Virus record (IMG/VR): IMGVR_UViG_2563366842_000009
Source of the DNA: a virus
Lineage: Duplodnaviria; Heunggongvirae; Uroviricota; Caudoviricetes
Strand: one strand, 5' to 3'
Length of the DNA: 29,651 nt
Below are positions 7,891-16,403 of this stretch, piece by piece. Numbering within the stretch: position 1 is the stretch's first letter; the number at the start of each line of letters is the position of its first letter. Under the pieces are notes generated by a model. That model worked only from the letters and a program-made list of their open reading frames with translations, did not search any database and was not told where the DNA came from. The position numbers were made by a program, and so were the translations under genes.

Positions 7891-8124
7891 ATGAGAATCA
7901 ATATCACGTTGGATAAAGAGCAAAAAATTAGTCAGGCAACGTTGGATGCACTAGAGGCTGAGCTGTACCGCAATCTTCAACCTATTTACCCAAAGACTGC
8001 TATCCGCATTCGCAAGGGCTCCGCAAATGGTGTTGAGCTAAGCGGTTTGAAACTGGACGAAGATAAAAAACGAGTAATGGAAATCATGCAGCAAGTATGG
8101 GAAGACGATAGCTGGCTGCATTAA
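7891..8124 (+). CDS. DinI-family protein (Tum C-terminal-like module)
   Basis: 77 aa aligning along its length with E. coli DinI as recalled (MRI.[IV]T..K......A.DAL..EL.R......P......R.......LS........K.R..EI.Q..WE....W); low-GC region. Confidence 0.8.
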   Translation: MRINITLDKEQKISQATLDALEAELYRNLQPIYPKTAIRIRKGSANGVELSGLKLDEDKKRVMEIMQQVWEDDSWLH

Positions 8125-8130
8125 TAAACG

Positions 8131-8165
8131 CCGCCAGCGCTGAAACTCGCTTTCAGTGCTGGCGG
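8131..8165. terminator. Hairpin between convergent genes (15-bp stem with 1 mismatch, loop ctcgc); candidate bidirectional terminator
   Basis: ccgccagcgctgaaa / tttcagtgctggcgg inverted repeat located between the DinI-like stop (8124) and the stop of the minus-strand 312-aa gene (8198). Confidence 0.5.
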
Positions 8166-8197
8166 GGTTGAACAACGAGCTACGCGAGGCGTTAGTG

Positions 8198-9136
8198 TTA
8201 ATTTAGTTTTAATGAATGGTACTCAACCGAGTCGACCTTAGATTTGATATATGTACAATCATTTACAGAGAGTAATGCTGCTAGTAAGCGACATACCAGA
8301 GCCTGCATTTCTCGTAATATATCATCACCATATTGACCGCCATTAACACTGGAGAAACCAAGCGGTTGACCATAGAAAATAGCCTCATGAAAATTATCAT
8401 TGCGGATGGTTGTAATATTTTTTTTGCCTGTTACCCATGAAGGACGTGGTATGCCATAGGTTTCGCACAGCCACTTTAACCGCCTGGAATGATTTAACGT
8501 TTTTTCAGGGCACTTGTTTTTTTCTGCCCACGCTAAAGCAAAGCAACCATCCAATGCCATATAAAGATAATGGAACTTTTCAAATGAAAGGTATTGTGGG
8601 TTGTGAGATAAAAATAGTGCGTGCACCACTGCCGCTATTTTTATTGGTGATTTCTCTTTTTTTTGCTCGCTAGATATGTAATTGAGAGCCAATTCTATGA
8701 TTGCTTTTTCAGAGCATCTGCCGAGAGTAAAGTCTGTTAACTTAGCAGGCTTGATGGGGGTTGCATCTAAAAAACCAGCTTCGGTGGTTGTTAATCTCAT
8801 CCCCCTGAAAAAAGACAGGCACCACACAACAAAGTTGAGAGTTTCTAGCGAGGATGTATTTTTTAATTTTAGTATGTGCGTTTTTGGTAATCCGAATACT
8901 CGGCAACTATAAGGCATTGTGGATATGCCGCCATTAAAGTTATATATCTCTTGGTTTCCGGGGTATATCCAGCCATTAACAACATTTTTGTCATTGTTAA
9001 CGCGCTCTACTTTCTCAGCGAGGCCGGGTAAAGTAAGTAAAGAAAAATTTTCAGTCTCAATGTTAACTTCTACTGGATAGTATCCAAACTCAGATCCAAT
9101 CTCATCGGGCTGCTGTTCGGTAACTTCACCTTGCAT
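8198..9136 (-). CDS. Orphan 312-aa protein in the A-cos accessory hotspot; candidate anti-phage defence or abortive-infection protein, function unknown
   Basis: Good RBS (GGAG 6 nt before ATG at 9136); low GC relative to the phage backbone; no signal peptide or obvious transmembrane segment; occupies the old/tin position of P2. Contains an R-N-x-x-x-H motif (RNDNFH, 8387..8404), which is only weak evidence for a HEPN-like RNase. Confidence 0.7.
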   Translation of the reverse strand: MQGEVTEQQPDEIGSEFGYYPVEVNIETENFSLLTLPGLAEKVERVNNDKNVVNGWIYPGNQEIYNFNGGISTMPYSCRVFGLPKTHILKLKNTSSLETLNFVVWCLSFFRGMRLTTTEAGFLDATPIKPAKLTDFTLGRCSEKAIIELALNYISSEQKKEKSPIKIAAVVHALFLSHNPQYLSFEKFHYLYMALDGCFALAWAEKNKCPEKTLNHSRRLKWLCETYGIPRPSWVTGKKNITTIRNDNFHEAIFYGQPLGFSSVNGGQYGDDILREMQALVCRLLAALLSVNDCTYIKSKVDSVEYHSLKLN

Positions 9137-9373
9137 ATCTTTCTCCGTTCAAAAATAGGCTCGATAGTTATGGAGAGGCTATCATGTTTGGAAATAGCCA
9201 ATGTTCGTGATTTTTGTAAATTTAAGGTGATTTATCAATAAATAAGCTGTGCATGCAACAGGTGCATGGTTTTGCATGCGTCAGGCTTGCCCGTTCTGGT
9301 AGTGCGCCGCCAGAGCTGGCACGGATCCAGAGTGGTCATGCAACTGCATTAAAACCGACCCATAAAGCGGGCA

Positions 9374-9392
9374 GGCGTGGCGGGGAAAGCAT
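9374..9392. other. Candidate cos site (19-nt cohesive-end sequence GGCGTGGCGGGGAAAGCAT)
   Basis: Matches the 186 cohesive-end sequence as I recall it, differing at 2 of 19 positions from the recalled P2 cos; lies about 180 bp downstream of the portal gene Q, as expected for P2-family phages. Confidence 0.6.
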
Positions 9393-9533
9393 TGCGCGCC
9401 AGAGGTGGTGCGTAATAATAAAAATTATCGTCTGAGCGCGCCATGATGGCGCGTTTATGGTCGCTTTCGATTCGTTGGTGGTTGGGTGTGGTAGTGCGCG
9501 TGCGGCGCGTCTGAGGCGTGATGGTGGCGGGGT

Positions 9534-9557
9534 ATGAAAAAACCGCCATAATGGCGG
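9534..9557 (-). terminator. Short hairpin (ccgcc-ataat-ggcgg) followed by a U-run on the minus strand; candidate terminator of the leftward P-Q operon
   Basis: Immediately downstream of the Q stop on the minus strand; plus-strand aaaaaa gives a T6 tract on the minus strand. The stem is short (5-6 bp). Confidence 0.4.
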
Positions 9558-9569
9558 CTTGAGGGGGAG

Positions 9570-10616
9570 TTATTCCGGGTTATCGAGGGTGTACTCTTTG
9601 AACCTGATGACCTCCATGCCGAGCCAGTCGTTTACCTCCCTGAACCTGTCCTGCAGCGGCGACAGCTCGTTACGCACAAATACCTTTGCCACCTTCTCAA
9701 CGTCACCGAGCGAGCCGATATTCTCGGGCTTACCGCCCATTAGCTGGAAAGGTACGCGGTGCGCATCCATCAGGTCGGCGGCACTGGCTTTCTTGATATT
9801 GAAAAAGTCATCCTTTGTGGCGACCTCGCTCAGTGGCACGATTTTTATGCCGTCCGGTTTTCCACCGGGGGCGTAGAAAAACAGGTTCTTAAAGTTGCCG
9901 AGCCCTTTCGAGTTGCGCATCGCCTCGCGTAGTGATTCGACGTCGGTCGCACTCTGCGCCGGGTCGGTTACATACATGATGTAACCCGCGTGCGCGCCGT
10001 TCTGGTAATACTTGCGGCGGAACAGCGTTGCGGATTCATTCAGCCAGGCAGAATTAAGCGCGCTGAGATATTCCGGCAGGCCGTAAATCTCCTGATTAAT
10101 GTCAGGCTCCAGCAGGTGAAACACGGTATCAGGCGCGAACTCATGCGGCTGAGTGAAGTTTTCCACAAACCAGAAAATTGAATCATCAACCCCACGGCGG
10201 GTGTATTTTGCTGGTGATGCCAGCAACTTGATTAACTGGCCGGTGACGCTGTGGCGCTGCTCAAGAAAAGCGTTGCCGAAGACCAGATAGTCGAGCGCAA
10301 AACGGCTGAAATCCTGACGGGACAGCAGCGGGTGCGGAATGTAGGTGCTCGCGAGCACGTTGCGTTTAACGTAAATCGGTGAGCTGTGATGCACGGCAGA
10401 GCGCAGGCTCTTTGCCAGCCCGGAAAAGCTGACCGGCGGCTCGTACCATTTGCCGTTACTGATGCACTCGACATAATCCAGAATGTCGCGCTTATCGAGC
10501 ACCGGAACTGGCTCACCGAAGGTGAACGCTTCCATTTTTTGCGGTGCGCTGGCTTTCAGTTGCTGTGGTGCGCGTGTTTTCTGCGCGGCGGCTTTGCGGG
10601 ATTTTTGCTTACCCAT
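9570..10616 (-). CDS. Q: Portal protein (P2 gpQ family)
   Basis: 348 aa; extensive recalled similarity to P2 Q (MEAFTFGEPVPVLD.RDILDYVECISNG.WYEPPVSF.GLAKSLR.AVHHSSPIYVKRN.LAST...). Start overlaps the stop of P. Confidence 0.95.
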   Translation of the reverse strand: MGKQKSRKAAAQKTRAPQQLKASAPQKMEAFTFGEPVPVLDKRDILDYVECISNGKWYEPPVSFSGLAKSLRSAVHHSSPIYVKRNVLASTYIPHPLLSRQDFSRFALDYLVFGNAFLEQRHSVTGQLIKLLASPAKYTRRGVDDSIFWFVENFTQPHEFAPDTVFHLLEPDINQEIYGLPEYLSALNSAWLNESATLFRRKYYQNGAHAGYIMYVTDPAQSATDVESLREAMRNSKGLGNFKNLFFYAPGGKPDGIKIVPLSEVATKDDFFNIKKASAADLMDAHRVPFQLMGGKPENIGSLGDVEKVAKVFVRNELSPLQDRFREVNDWLGMEVIRFKEYTLDNPE

Positions 10617-12385
10617 TAGTTGAACTCCAGAATAGATTTAGGCTGCATGCCGCTACCGGCAGAAAGCGGTTCGTTTAACAGGGCGTGCATGGTCGCCCAT
10701 GCGATATCGGCGTGACTGGCTTCCTCGGTGCGGCTGGCCTCGTAGGTGGCACTGCGCCCGCTGCTGGTCATGGTTTTGCGAATAGACATAAACGACTGCG
10801 TGACGTCGGTTGCCCCGGCGTCGTACTCCAGACAGCCACGGCGAATGGTGTCTTTCGCCTTGAGTACCATCGCGGTTTTCATCTCAGGTGTGTAACGGAT
10901 GCCGCGTGCTGCCGGGTAGAATGAGCGCACCAACTGGAACACGCCGAGGCCGAGGCCGGTTGCGTCAATGCCGATGTATTCGACGTTGTATTTCTCGGTC
11001 AGCTTGCGGATGCCCTCTGCCTGCGCGGCAAAGTCCATGCCCTTCCACTGGTGGCGCTCCAGCATGCGGAACTTGCCACCCGAGACCACCGGCGGCGCGA
11101 GCACGACGCACCCGGCACTGTCGCCAGTGTGCGACGGGTCGTAGCCAATCCAGACCGGGCGAGAGCCGAAAGGATGGTCGGCGAACGGGGCAAAATCCTC
11201 CCATTCTTCCATCACATCGACCATGCAGCGCTGCAGCTCCTCGAACGGGAATACCGATGCCTTATCGTCGACAAACTCGCACATAAACAGGTTTTTAAAA
11301 TCATCATCACTGTTTTCGCGTTTGAGCTGGTCGAGGTCGAACAGGGTGCAGCCCCCGGCAAGGGCGTCCTCAATGGTGACAATCTGCCGCCACTGGCCAT
11401 CGTCGCAGAGCTGACCACCGGCGAGCGCGCGGTGACTGATGTCGATTTCGATGCGGTCAGCGGCACTGGCGCGCCCCTTGTTGAACAGCTCACCCGACCA
11501 GAAGGGGTAAGCCCCGTGCGCCAGTGTTGAGGGGGTCGAAAAGTAGGTTGAGCGCAGGTGCTTCTGCGATGCCATGCCCGAGGCGACTTTGCGCAGTTTC
11601 TGAAAGTTCGGGATCCAGAATATTTCATCGACATACAGGTCGCCGTTATGGCTCTGCGCGGTGTTGGAATTGGTACCGAGAAAAATCAGTTTTGCGCCGT
11701 TGTTGCCGATGACAATTGGGTCGCCGGTCAGGTCGACGTCGACCAGTCGCGCAAACTGGATGATGTATTCGCGGAACACGTAAGCCTGCGTTTTACTGGC
11801 TGACAGAAATATCTGGTTATGGCCGGTTTTGAGCGCGCGCAGCAGCGCCTCGCGGGAGAAATAGAACGTCGCGCCAATCTGGCGTGATTTGAGAATGTCG
11901 CGAATACGGTGTTCCAGCCCTGCGCGGTACCACTGCAACTGATACTCGAAAGACTGGTCGAAAAATAATTCCTCCAGTTTCTCGATAGCCTCGTCGCTGA
12001 AAAAATTCTTTTTCGGCTTTTTGCGCTCCCCTTTGTTGCGGTTGGCGACGTTGGGGTTAAGGTCGGCCTCGTTGCCGGTCTGGCTGTAGCGGTTGACGCG
12101 CGCCAGCCGCTCAATCTGCCGCCCGAGCAGGTCAATCTCTTTGAAATCGCCGCCTGTCTTTTGCGGCTTGGCGATGAGCTGAATCAGCCTGGCCTCAAGG
12201 CTGCTTTCAACGCGGGAAATCGGCGCGATGCCGTCCCAGCCGTCGCGCTGCTTCCAGCTCTGCACGGTCGGGCGCTTGACCTGCAGCATTTCGGCAATCT
12301 GTGGCACGGAAAAGCCCTGCCAGTAAAGCAGCGATGCCTGTCGTCGCGGGTCATGCAACAAGGTTGTATCGGTGGAAATGGTCAT
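10616..12385 (-). CDS. P: Terminase large (ATPase) subunit (P2 gpP family)
   Basis: 589 aa, size and sequence consistent with P2 P; divergent from O as in P2. Confidence 0.9.
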   Translation of the reverse strand: MTISTDTTLLHDPRRQASLLYWQGFSVPQIAEMLQVKRPTVQSWKQRDGWDGIAPISRVESSLEARLIQLIAKPQKTGGDFKEIDLLGRQIERLARVNRYSQTGNEADLNPNVANRNKGERKKPKKNFFSDEAIEKLEELFFDQSFEYQLQWYRAGLEHRIRDILKSRQIGATFYFSREALLRALKTGHNQIFLSASKTQAYVFREYIIQFARLVDVDLTGDPIVIGNNGAKLIFLGTNSNTAQSHNGDLYVDEIFWIPNFQKLRKVASGMASQKHLRSTYFSTPSTLAHGAYPFWSGELFNKGRASAADRIEIDISHRALAGGQLCDDGQWRQIVTIEDALAGGCTLFDLDQLKRENSDDDFKNLFMCEFVDDKASVFPFEELQRCMVDVMEEWEDFAPFADHPFGSRPVWIGYDPSHTGDSAGCVVLAPPVVSGGKFRMLERHQWKGMDFAAQAEGIRKLTEKYNVEYIGIDATGLGLGVFQLVRSFYPAARGIRYTPEMKTAMVLKAKDTIRRGCLEYDAGATDVTQSFMSIRKTMTSSGRSATYEASRTEEASHADIAWATMHALLNEPLSAGSGMQPKSILEFN

Positions 12386-12550
12386 TGATGCCTCGCCGTA
12401 GTGGATTCAGGGCAAGGCTACTTAATGGCCGTCAGTGATTCGCTAAGGTGCTGTTGTGTGGGCGATTGTCCAGCCGTCGTTAGTGGTCTGGCGTGCCCTG
12501 AGTCTGGAAACTGGCGTTGACCAGTAACCCTAACCTCAGGACTCCTGACA

Positions 12551-13405
12551 ATGGCAAAAAAAGTCTCAAAATTCTTTCGCATCGGCGTCGAGGGTGATAC
12601 CTGCGACGGGCGCATTATCAGCGCCAGTGATATTCAGGAAATGGCCGAAACCTATGACCCGCGCGTCTACGGTTGCCGTATCAACCTTGAACACCTGCGC
12701 GGCCTGCTGCCTGATGGCATATTCAAGCGTTATGGCGATGTGGTCGAGCTGAAAGCCGAGAAAATTGACGACGATTCTGCGCTTAACGGCAAATGGGCGT
12801 TGTTCGCTAAAATCACCCCGACCGATGACCTTATTGCGATGAATAAAGCCGCGCAGAAGGTCTACACCTCAATGGAAATTCAGCCGAATTTTGCCAATAC
12901 CGGCAAATGCTATCTCGTTGGTCTGGCTGTGACCGATGACCCGGCAAGCCTTGGCACCGAATACCTCGAATTCTGTCGCAATGCAAAACACAATCCGCTT
13001 AACCGATTTAAGGCTAACCCTGAAAACCTGATTTCAGCGGCAACGCTTGCAGAGCTTGAGTTTGAAGACCAGCCGGAAACGGTATTTACCGCCCTGACTG
13101 ACAAGGTGAAAGCCATTTTCAGCCGTAAGCAGGTCAGCGACGATGCGCGCCTGAATGATGTGCATGAAGCGGTGACCACCGTCAGCGAACATGTGCAGAC
13201 CAACCTGACCAAACAGGACGAGCGCCTTTCTGCTATGGAAACCGCGTTTGCCACCTTGAGTAAGGAGCTGACCGGCAAGGTTGAAGAAACCAGCCAGGCA
13301 TTTTCCGCCCTGAAAACCACCCTCGATAAAACCGAAAGTTTCAGCCAGCCGCGACGCACGAAAGCCAGCGGCGGTGGCGGCGATGAGCTGCTGACCGACT
13401 GCTGA
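12551..13405 (+). CDS. O: Capsid scaffolding protein (P2 gpO family)
   Basis: 284 aa, same length as P2 O as recalled, first gene of the rightward head operon. Confidence 0.9.
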   Translation: MAKKVSKFFRIGVEGDTCDGRIISASDIQEMAETYDPRVYGCRINLEHLRGLLPDGIFKRYGDVVELKAEKIDDDSALNGKWALFAKITPTDDLIAMNKAAQKVYTSMEIQPNFANTGKCYLVGLAVTDDPASLGTEYLEFCRNAKHNPLNRFKANPENLISAATLAELEFEDQPETVFTALTDKVKAIFSRKQVSDDARLNDVHEAVTTVSEHVQTNLTKQDERLSAMETAFATLSKELTGKVEETSQAFSALKTTLDKTESFSQPRRTKASGGGGDELLTDC

Positions 13406-13481
13406 TAAACCGCAGACCCGAAACCGGGCGGCAACCCCGCCCGATGCAGTGACTAACCGATAAATTCAAACAGGAAATACT

Positions 13482-14549
13482 ATGCGCCCGGAAACCCGTT
13501 TTAAGTTCAATGCCTATCTGAGCCAGCTCGCCAAACTGAACGGCATCAGCGTTGATGACGTCAGTAAAAAATTCGCCGTCGAGCCGTCCGTCACGCAGAC
13601 GCTGATGAACAAAGTGCAGGCGTCATCCGCGTTTTTGCAGACGATTAACCTTCTGCCGGTCGCAGAAATGAAGGGTGAAAAAATTGGCGTCGGTGTGACC
13701 GGTACTATCGCCAGCACGACCGACACCTCGGGCGATGATGAGCGTAAGACCGCAGATTTCACCGCGCTTGAGTCTAACAAGTACGAGTGCGACCAGATTA
13801 ACTTTGACTTCCATCTGAAATATAAAACCCTCGACCTGTGGGCGCGTTACCAGGACTTCCAGCGCCGTATTCGTGACGCCATTGTCCAGCGTCAGGCACT
13901 GGATTTCATCATGGCCGGTTTTAACGGTACTACCCGCGCCGCCACCTCTGACCGCACCAAAAATCCGATGCTGCAGGATGTGGCCGTCGGCTGGCTGCAG
14001 AAATACCGCAATGAAGCCCCGACGCGCGTGATGAGCAACATCACCGACGCTGACGGTAAGGTCGTTTCAGCAGTGATTCGCGTCGGTCGAAACGGCGACT
14101 ATGAGAACCTCGACGCGCTGGTGATGGATGCGACCAACAACCTGATTGATGAGGTTTATCAGGATGACCCGAAACTCGTTGCCATCGTTGGCCGTAAACT
14201 GCTGGCCGACAAATATTTCCCGCTGGTGAACAAACCTCAGGAAAACAGCGAGGCGCTCGCGGCAGATATCATCATCAGCCAGAAGCGAATCGGCAACCTG
14301 CCTGCTGTGCGTGTGCCGTACTTCCCGGCGAATGCCGTGTTAGTGACCACGCTGGAAAACCTCTCTATCTATTTTATGGATGAGAGCCACCGCCGCAGCA
14401 TTGATGAAAACCCGAAAAAAGACCGTGTGGAAAACTACGAGTCGATGAATATCGACTATGTGGTCGAGGCGTATGCCGCCGGGTGCCTGCTGGAAAACAT
14501 CACCCTGGGCGATTTCACCGCACCTGCAGCACCGGAAAGCGGAGCCTAA
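13482..14549 (+). CDS. N: Major capsid protein (P2 gpN family)
   Basis: 355 aa, following the scaffold gene; length and position match P2 N. Confidence 0.9.
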   Translation: MRPETRFKFNAYLSQLAKLNGISVDDVSKKFAVEPSVTQTLMNKVQASSAFLQTINLLPVAEMKGEKIGVGVTGTIASTTDTSGDDERKTADFTALESNKYECDQINFDFHLKYKTLDLWARYQDFQRRIRDAIVQRQALDFIMAGFNGTTRAATSDRTKNPMLQDVAVGWLQKYRNEAPTRVMSNITDADGKVVSAVIRVGRNGDYENLDALVMDATNNLIDEVYQDDPKLVAIVGRKLLADKYFPLVNKPQENSEALAADIIISQKRIGNLPAVRVPYFPANAVLVTTLENLSIYFMDESHRRSIDENPKKDRVENYESMNIDYVVEAYAAGCLLENITLGDFTAPAAPESGA

Positions 14550-14552
14550 ACC

Positions 14553-15305
14553 ATGACGAGTCCCGCACAGCGTCACATGATGCGGGTCTCGGCCTCTCAA
14601 GCCGCGCAGCGGGAGCAAGCCCCGCTGCGCCATGCAACCGCCTATGAGCAGATGCTGGTTAAGCTGGCCGATGACCGTCGCACGTTAAAAAACATCCGTT
14701 CAAACGAACGTAAAGCCGAGAAAAAGCGCGAGCTGCTGCCGTTCTATGCGCCGTGGGTCGCCGGTGTGCTGGCTGATGGCCGTGGTGCGCAGGATGACAT
14801 TGTCATGACCGTCATGCTGTGGCGTCTCGATGCCGGTGATATCGCTGGCGCGCTGGAAATTGCCCCCTACGCGCTGAAATACGGCCTCACTTCTGACCAT
14901 CGCCGCACCACACCTTACATGCTGGTTGAGGAAGTGGCACTTGCCTCGCAGCGTCTGCGCGATGCCGGTGAGTCTGTCGACCTTTCCTGGCTGCAGACCA
15001 CTATCGACCTGACCGACGGCGCAGACGTTCCCGATATGGTGCGCGCCCGTCTGCATAAGGTGACAGGCCTGACCCTGCGTGATGCCGGTATGAATGCAGA
15101 GGCGCTGGCGCAGTTTCAGCGCGCGATGCAGCTCGACCGCAATGCCGGTGTGCGCAAGGAGATTGAGCGACTGGAACGGGCATTGAAGCCAAAGCCAGAG
15201 GCCGCACCCCGTAAAACGACTAAACCGCGCACGCGCAAACCTGCCACCAGACCGGCAGCAAAGCGCGGGCGTCCACCAAAGGCGGCAAAACCGCCGGTTA
15301 ACTGA
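14553..15305 (+). CDS. M: Terminase small / endonuclease subunit (P2 gpM family)
   Basis: 250 aa with a basic Pro/Lys/Arg-rich C-terminal tail; position after N as in P2. Confidence 0.85.
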   Translation: MTSPAQRHMMRVSASQAAQREQAPLRHATAYEQMLVKLADDRRTLKNIRSNERKAEKKRELLPFYAPWVAGVLADGRGAQDDIVMTVMLWRLDAGDIAGALEIAPYALKYGLTSDHRRTTPYMLVEEVALASQRLRDAGESVDLSWLQTTIDLTDGADVPDMVRARLHKVTGLTLRDAGMNAEALAQFQRAMQLDRNAGVRKEIERLERALKPKPEAAPRKTTKPRTRKPATRPAAKRGRPPKAAKPPVN

Positions 15306-15393
15306 ACGCTCCCCGAGCCGGGCGGCACGCCGGTCAAAGCAGGCAAAGACCTGACGGCGACCGGCGTCCACCGCCCAACCTGATGAGGTTGTC

Positions 15394-15900
15394 ATGACGA
15401 CAGTGATACTGAACCAGCCCGATGAACCGCAGGACGTACCGGGCGTGGTGATTCCCGCACCGGAGACGGGCGGTGCAGTGATTAAAAACACGTTCTTTTT
15501 CCCTGATGTGGATCCGAAGCGCGTGCGCGAACTGATGCGCCTTGAGCAGACGGTTTCCGATGCGCGCCTGCGCAATGCCATCAAGACCGGCATGGCCGAG
15601 ACCAATGCGGAGCTTTACGACTACCGGCTGCGCCAGACTGCCGCCGGGTTTAAGCAACTGGCCGACGTGCCTGCCGAGGAAATCGACGGCGAGAATGTGC
15701 GCGTTTTCCACTACCTCAGCGCCGTGACGGCGATGGCGACCGCCACCCTGTATGAGCGTTATCGCGGCGTTGAGGCCACCGGCAAGGGTGACAAAAAAGC
15801 CGACAGTGTGGAAACCACCATTGATGACCTGTGGCGGGATATGCGCTGGTCAGTTGCGCGTCTGCAGGACAAGCCGCGCTGCATAGTGGGTCAGCTCTGA
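15394..15900 (+). CDS. L: Head completion/stabilisation protein (P2 gpL family)
   Basis: 168 aa; synteny and size match P2 L. Confidence 0.85.
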   Translation: MTTVILNQPDEPQDVPGVVIPAPETGGAVIKNTFFFPDVDPKRVRELMRLEQTVSDARLRNAIKTGMAETNAELYDYRLRQTAAGFKQLADVPAEEIDGENVRVFHYLSAVTAMATATLYERYRGVEATGKGDKKADSVETTIDDLWRDMRWSVARLQDKPRCIVGQL

Positions 15901-16103
15901 TGAAAGTCAGGGCAATGCAGGGCGACACCCTCGATGCGATTTGCGCCCGGTATTACGGGCGCACTGAGGGCGTGGTCGAGACGGTGCTGCAGGCTAATCC
16001 GGGTCTGTCTGAGCTGGGAGTCATTCTGCAGCATGGTACCGAGATTGACCTGCCCGATGTGCCGTCTTCACCAGTAACTAACACTATCAATCTTTGGGAG
16101 TAA
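15900..16103 (+). CDS. X: Tail protein X (P2 gpX family)
   Basis: Start at ATG 15900 overlapping the L stop (ATGA); 67 aa MKVRAMQGDTLDAICARYYGRTEGVVETVLQANPGLSELG... closely matches P2 X as recalled. The track ORF beginning at 15831 is an upstream extension. Confidence 0.9.
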   Translation: MKVRAMQGDTLDAICARYYGRTEGVVETVLQANPGLSELGVILQHGTEIDLPDVPSSPVTNTINLWE

Positions 16104-16106
16104 ACC

Positions 16107-16403
16107 ATGACAGAAGGGGAAAAAGGCGTCCTGTCACTGTTTGTGATTGGCGTGATGATTGTTGTCGGGAAAGTGCTGGCAGGTGGTGAGCCCATCACCC
16201 CGCGCCTGTTTGTCGGACGCATGCTGCTCGGCGGTTTCGTTTCGATGGTCGCCGGTGTTGTTCTGGTGCAGTTTCCGGATATGTCACTGCCTGCCGTGTG
16301 CGGGATTGGATCCATGCTCGGCATTGCCGGTTATCAGGTGGTGGAAATCGCCATACAGCGCCGCTTTAAGTCACAGAAAGGGGAAGACAATGCCGGTCAT
16401 TAA
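16107..16403 (+). CDS. Y: Holin (P2 gpY family)
   Basis: 98 aa with hydrophobic transmembrane segments and a charged C-terminus, directly upstream of the endolysin. Confidence 0.85.
   Translation: MTEGEKGVLSLFVIGVMIVVGKVLAGGEPITPRLFVGRMLLGGFVSMVAGVVLVQFPDMSLPAVCGIGSMLGIAGYQVVEIAIQRRFKSQKGEDNAGH

Noticed and set aside
8437-8912. Two plus-strand ORFs (78 and 76 aa) inside the hotspot gene region
   Set aside because: Antisense to the longer 312-aa ORF, which has a good RBS; AT-rich DNA readily yields short antisense frames. They cannot be fully excluded without expression data.
9253-9549. Small ORFs 9253..9435 (+) and 9349..9549 (-) in the cos region
   Set aside because: They overlap the candidate cos site and terminator hairpins and have no convincing RBS; more likely non-coding packaging and regulatory DNA.
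10685-12388. Multiple ORFs of 60-160 aa on the plus strand (e.g. 10888..11286, 11051..11530, 12161..12388) and extra minus-strand ORFs inside the terminase gene P
   Set aside because: They lie antisense to or out of frame within a gene with strong homology-based support. High GC content makes long spurious ORFs common, and their translations are Arg/Ala/Pro-rich low-complexity sequences.
14700-15605. 301-aa minus-strand ORF overlapping M and L
   Set aside because: Antisense to two syntenic, well-supported head genes; composition is typical of GC-rich antisense frames.
15831-15899. Upstream extension of gene X in the track (start at 15831)
   Set aside because: The recalled P2 X homology starts at the Met at 15900, which overlaps the L stop; the extension lies within L.
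16159-16389. N-terminal extension of the endolysin ORF in the track (start at 16159)
   Set aside because: The extension overlaps the holin gene and translates to a Cys/Trp-rich sequence; the conserved endolysin begins at ATG 16390.
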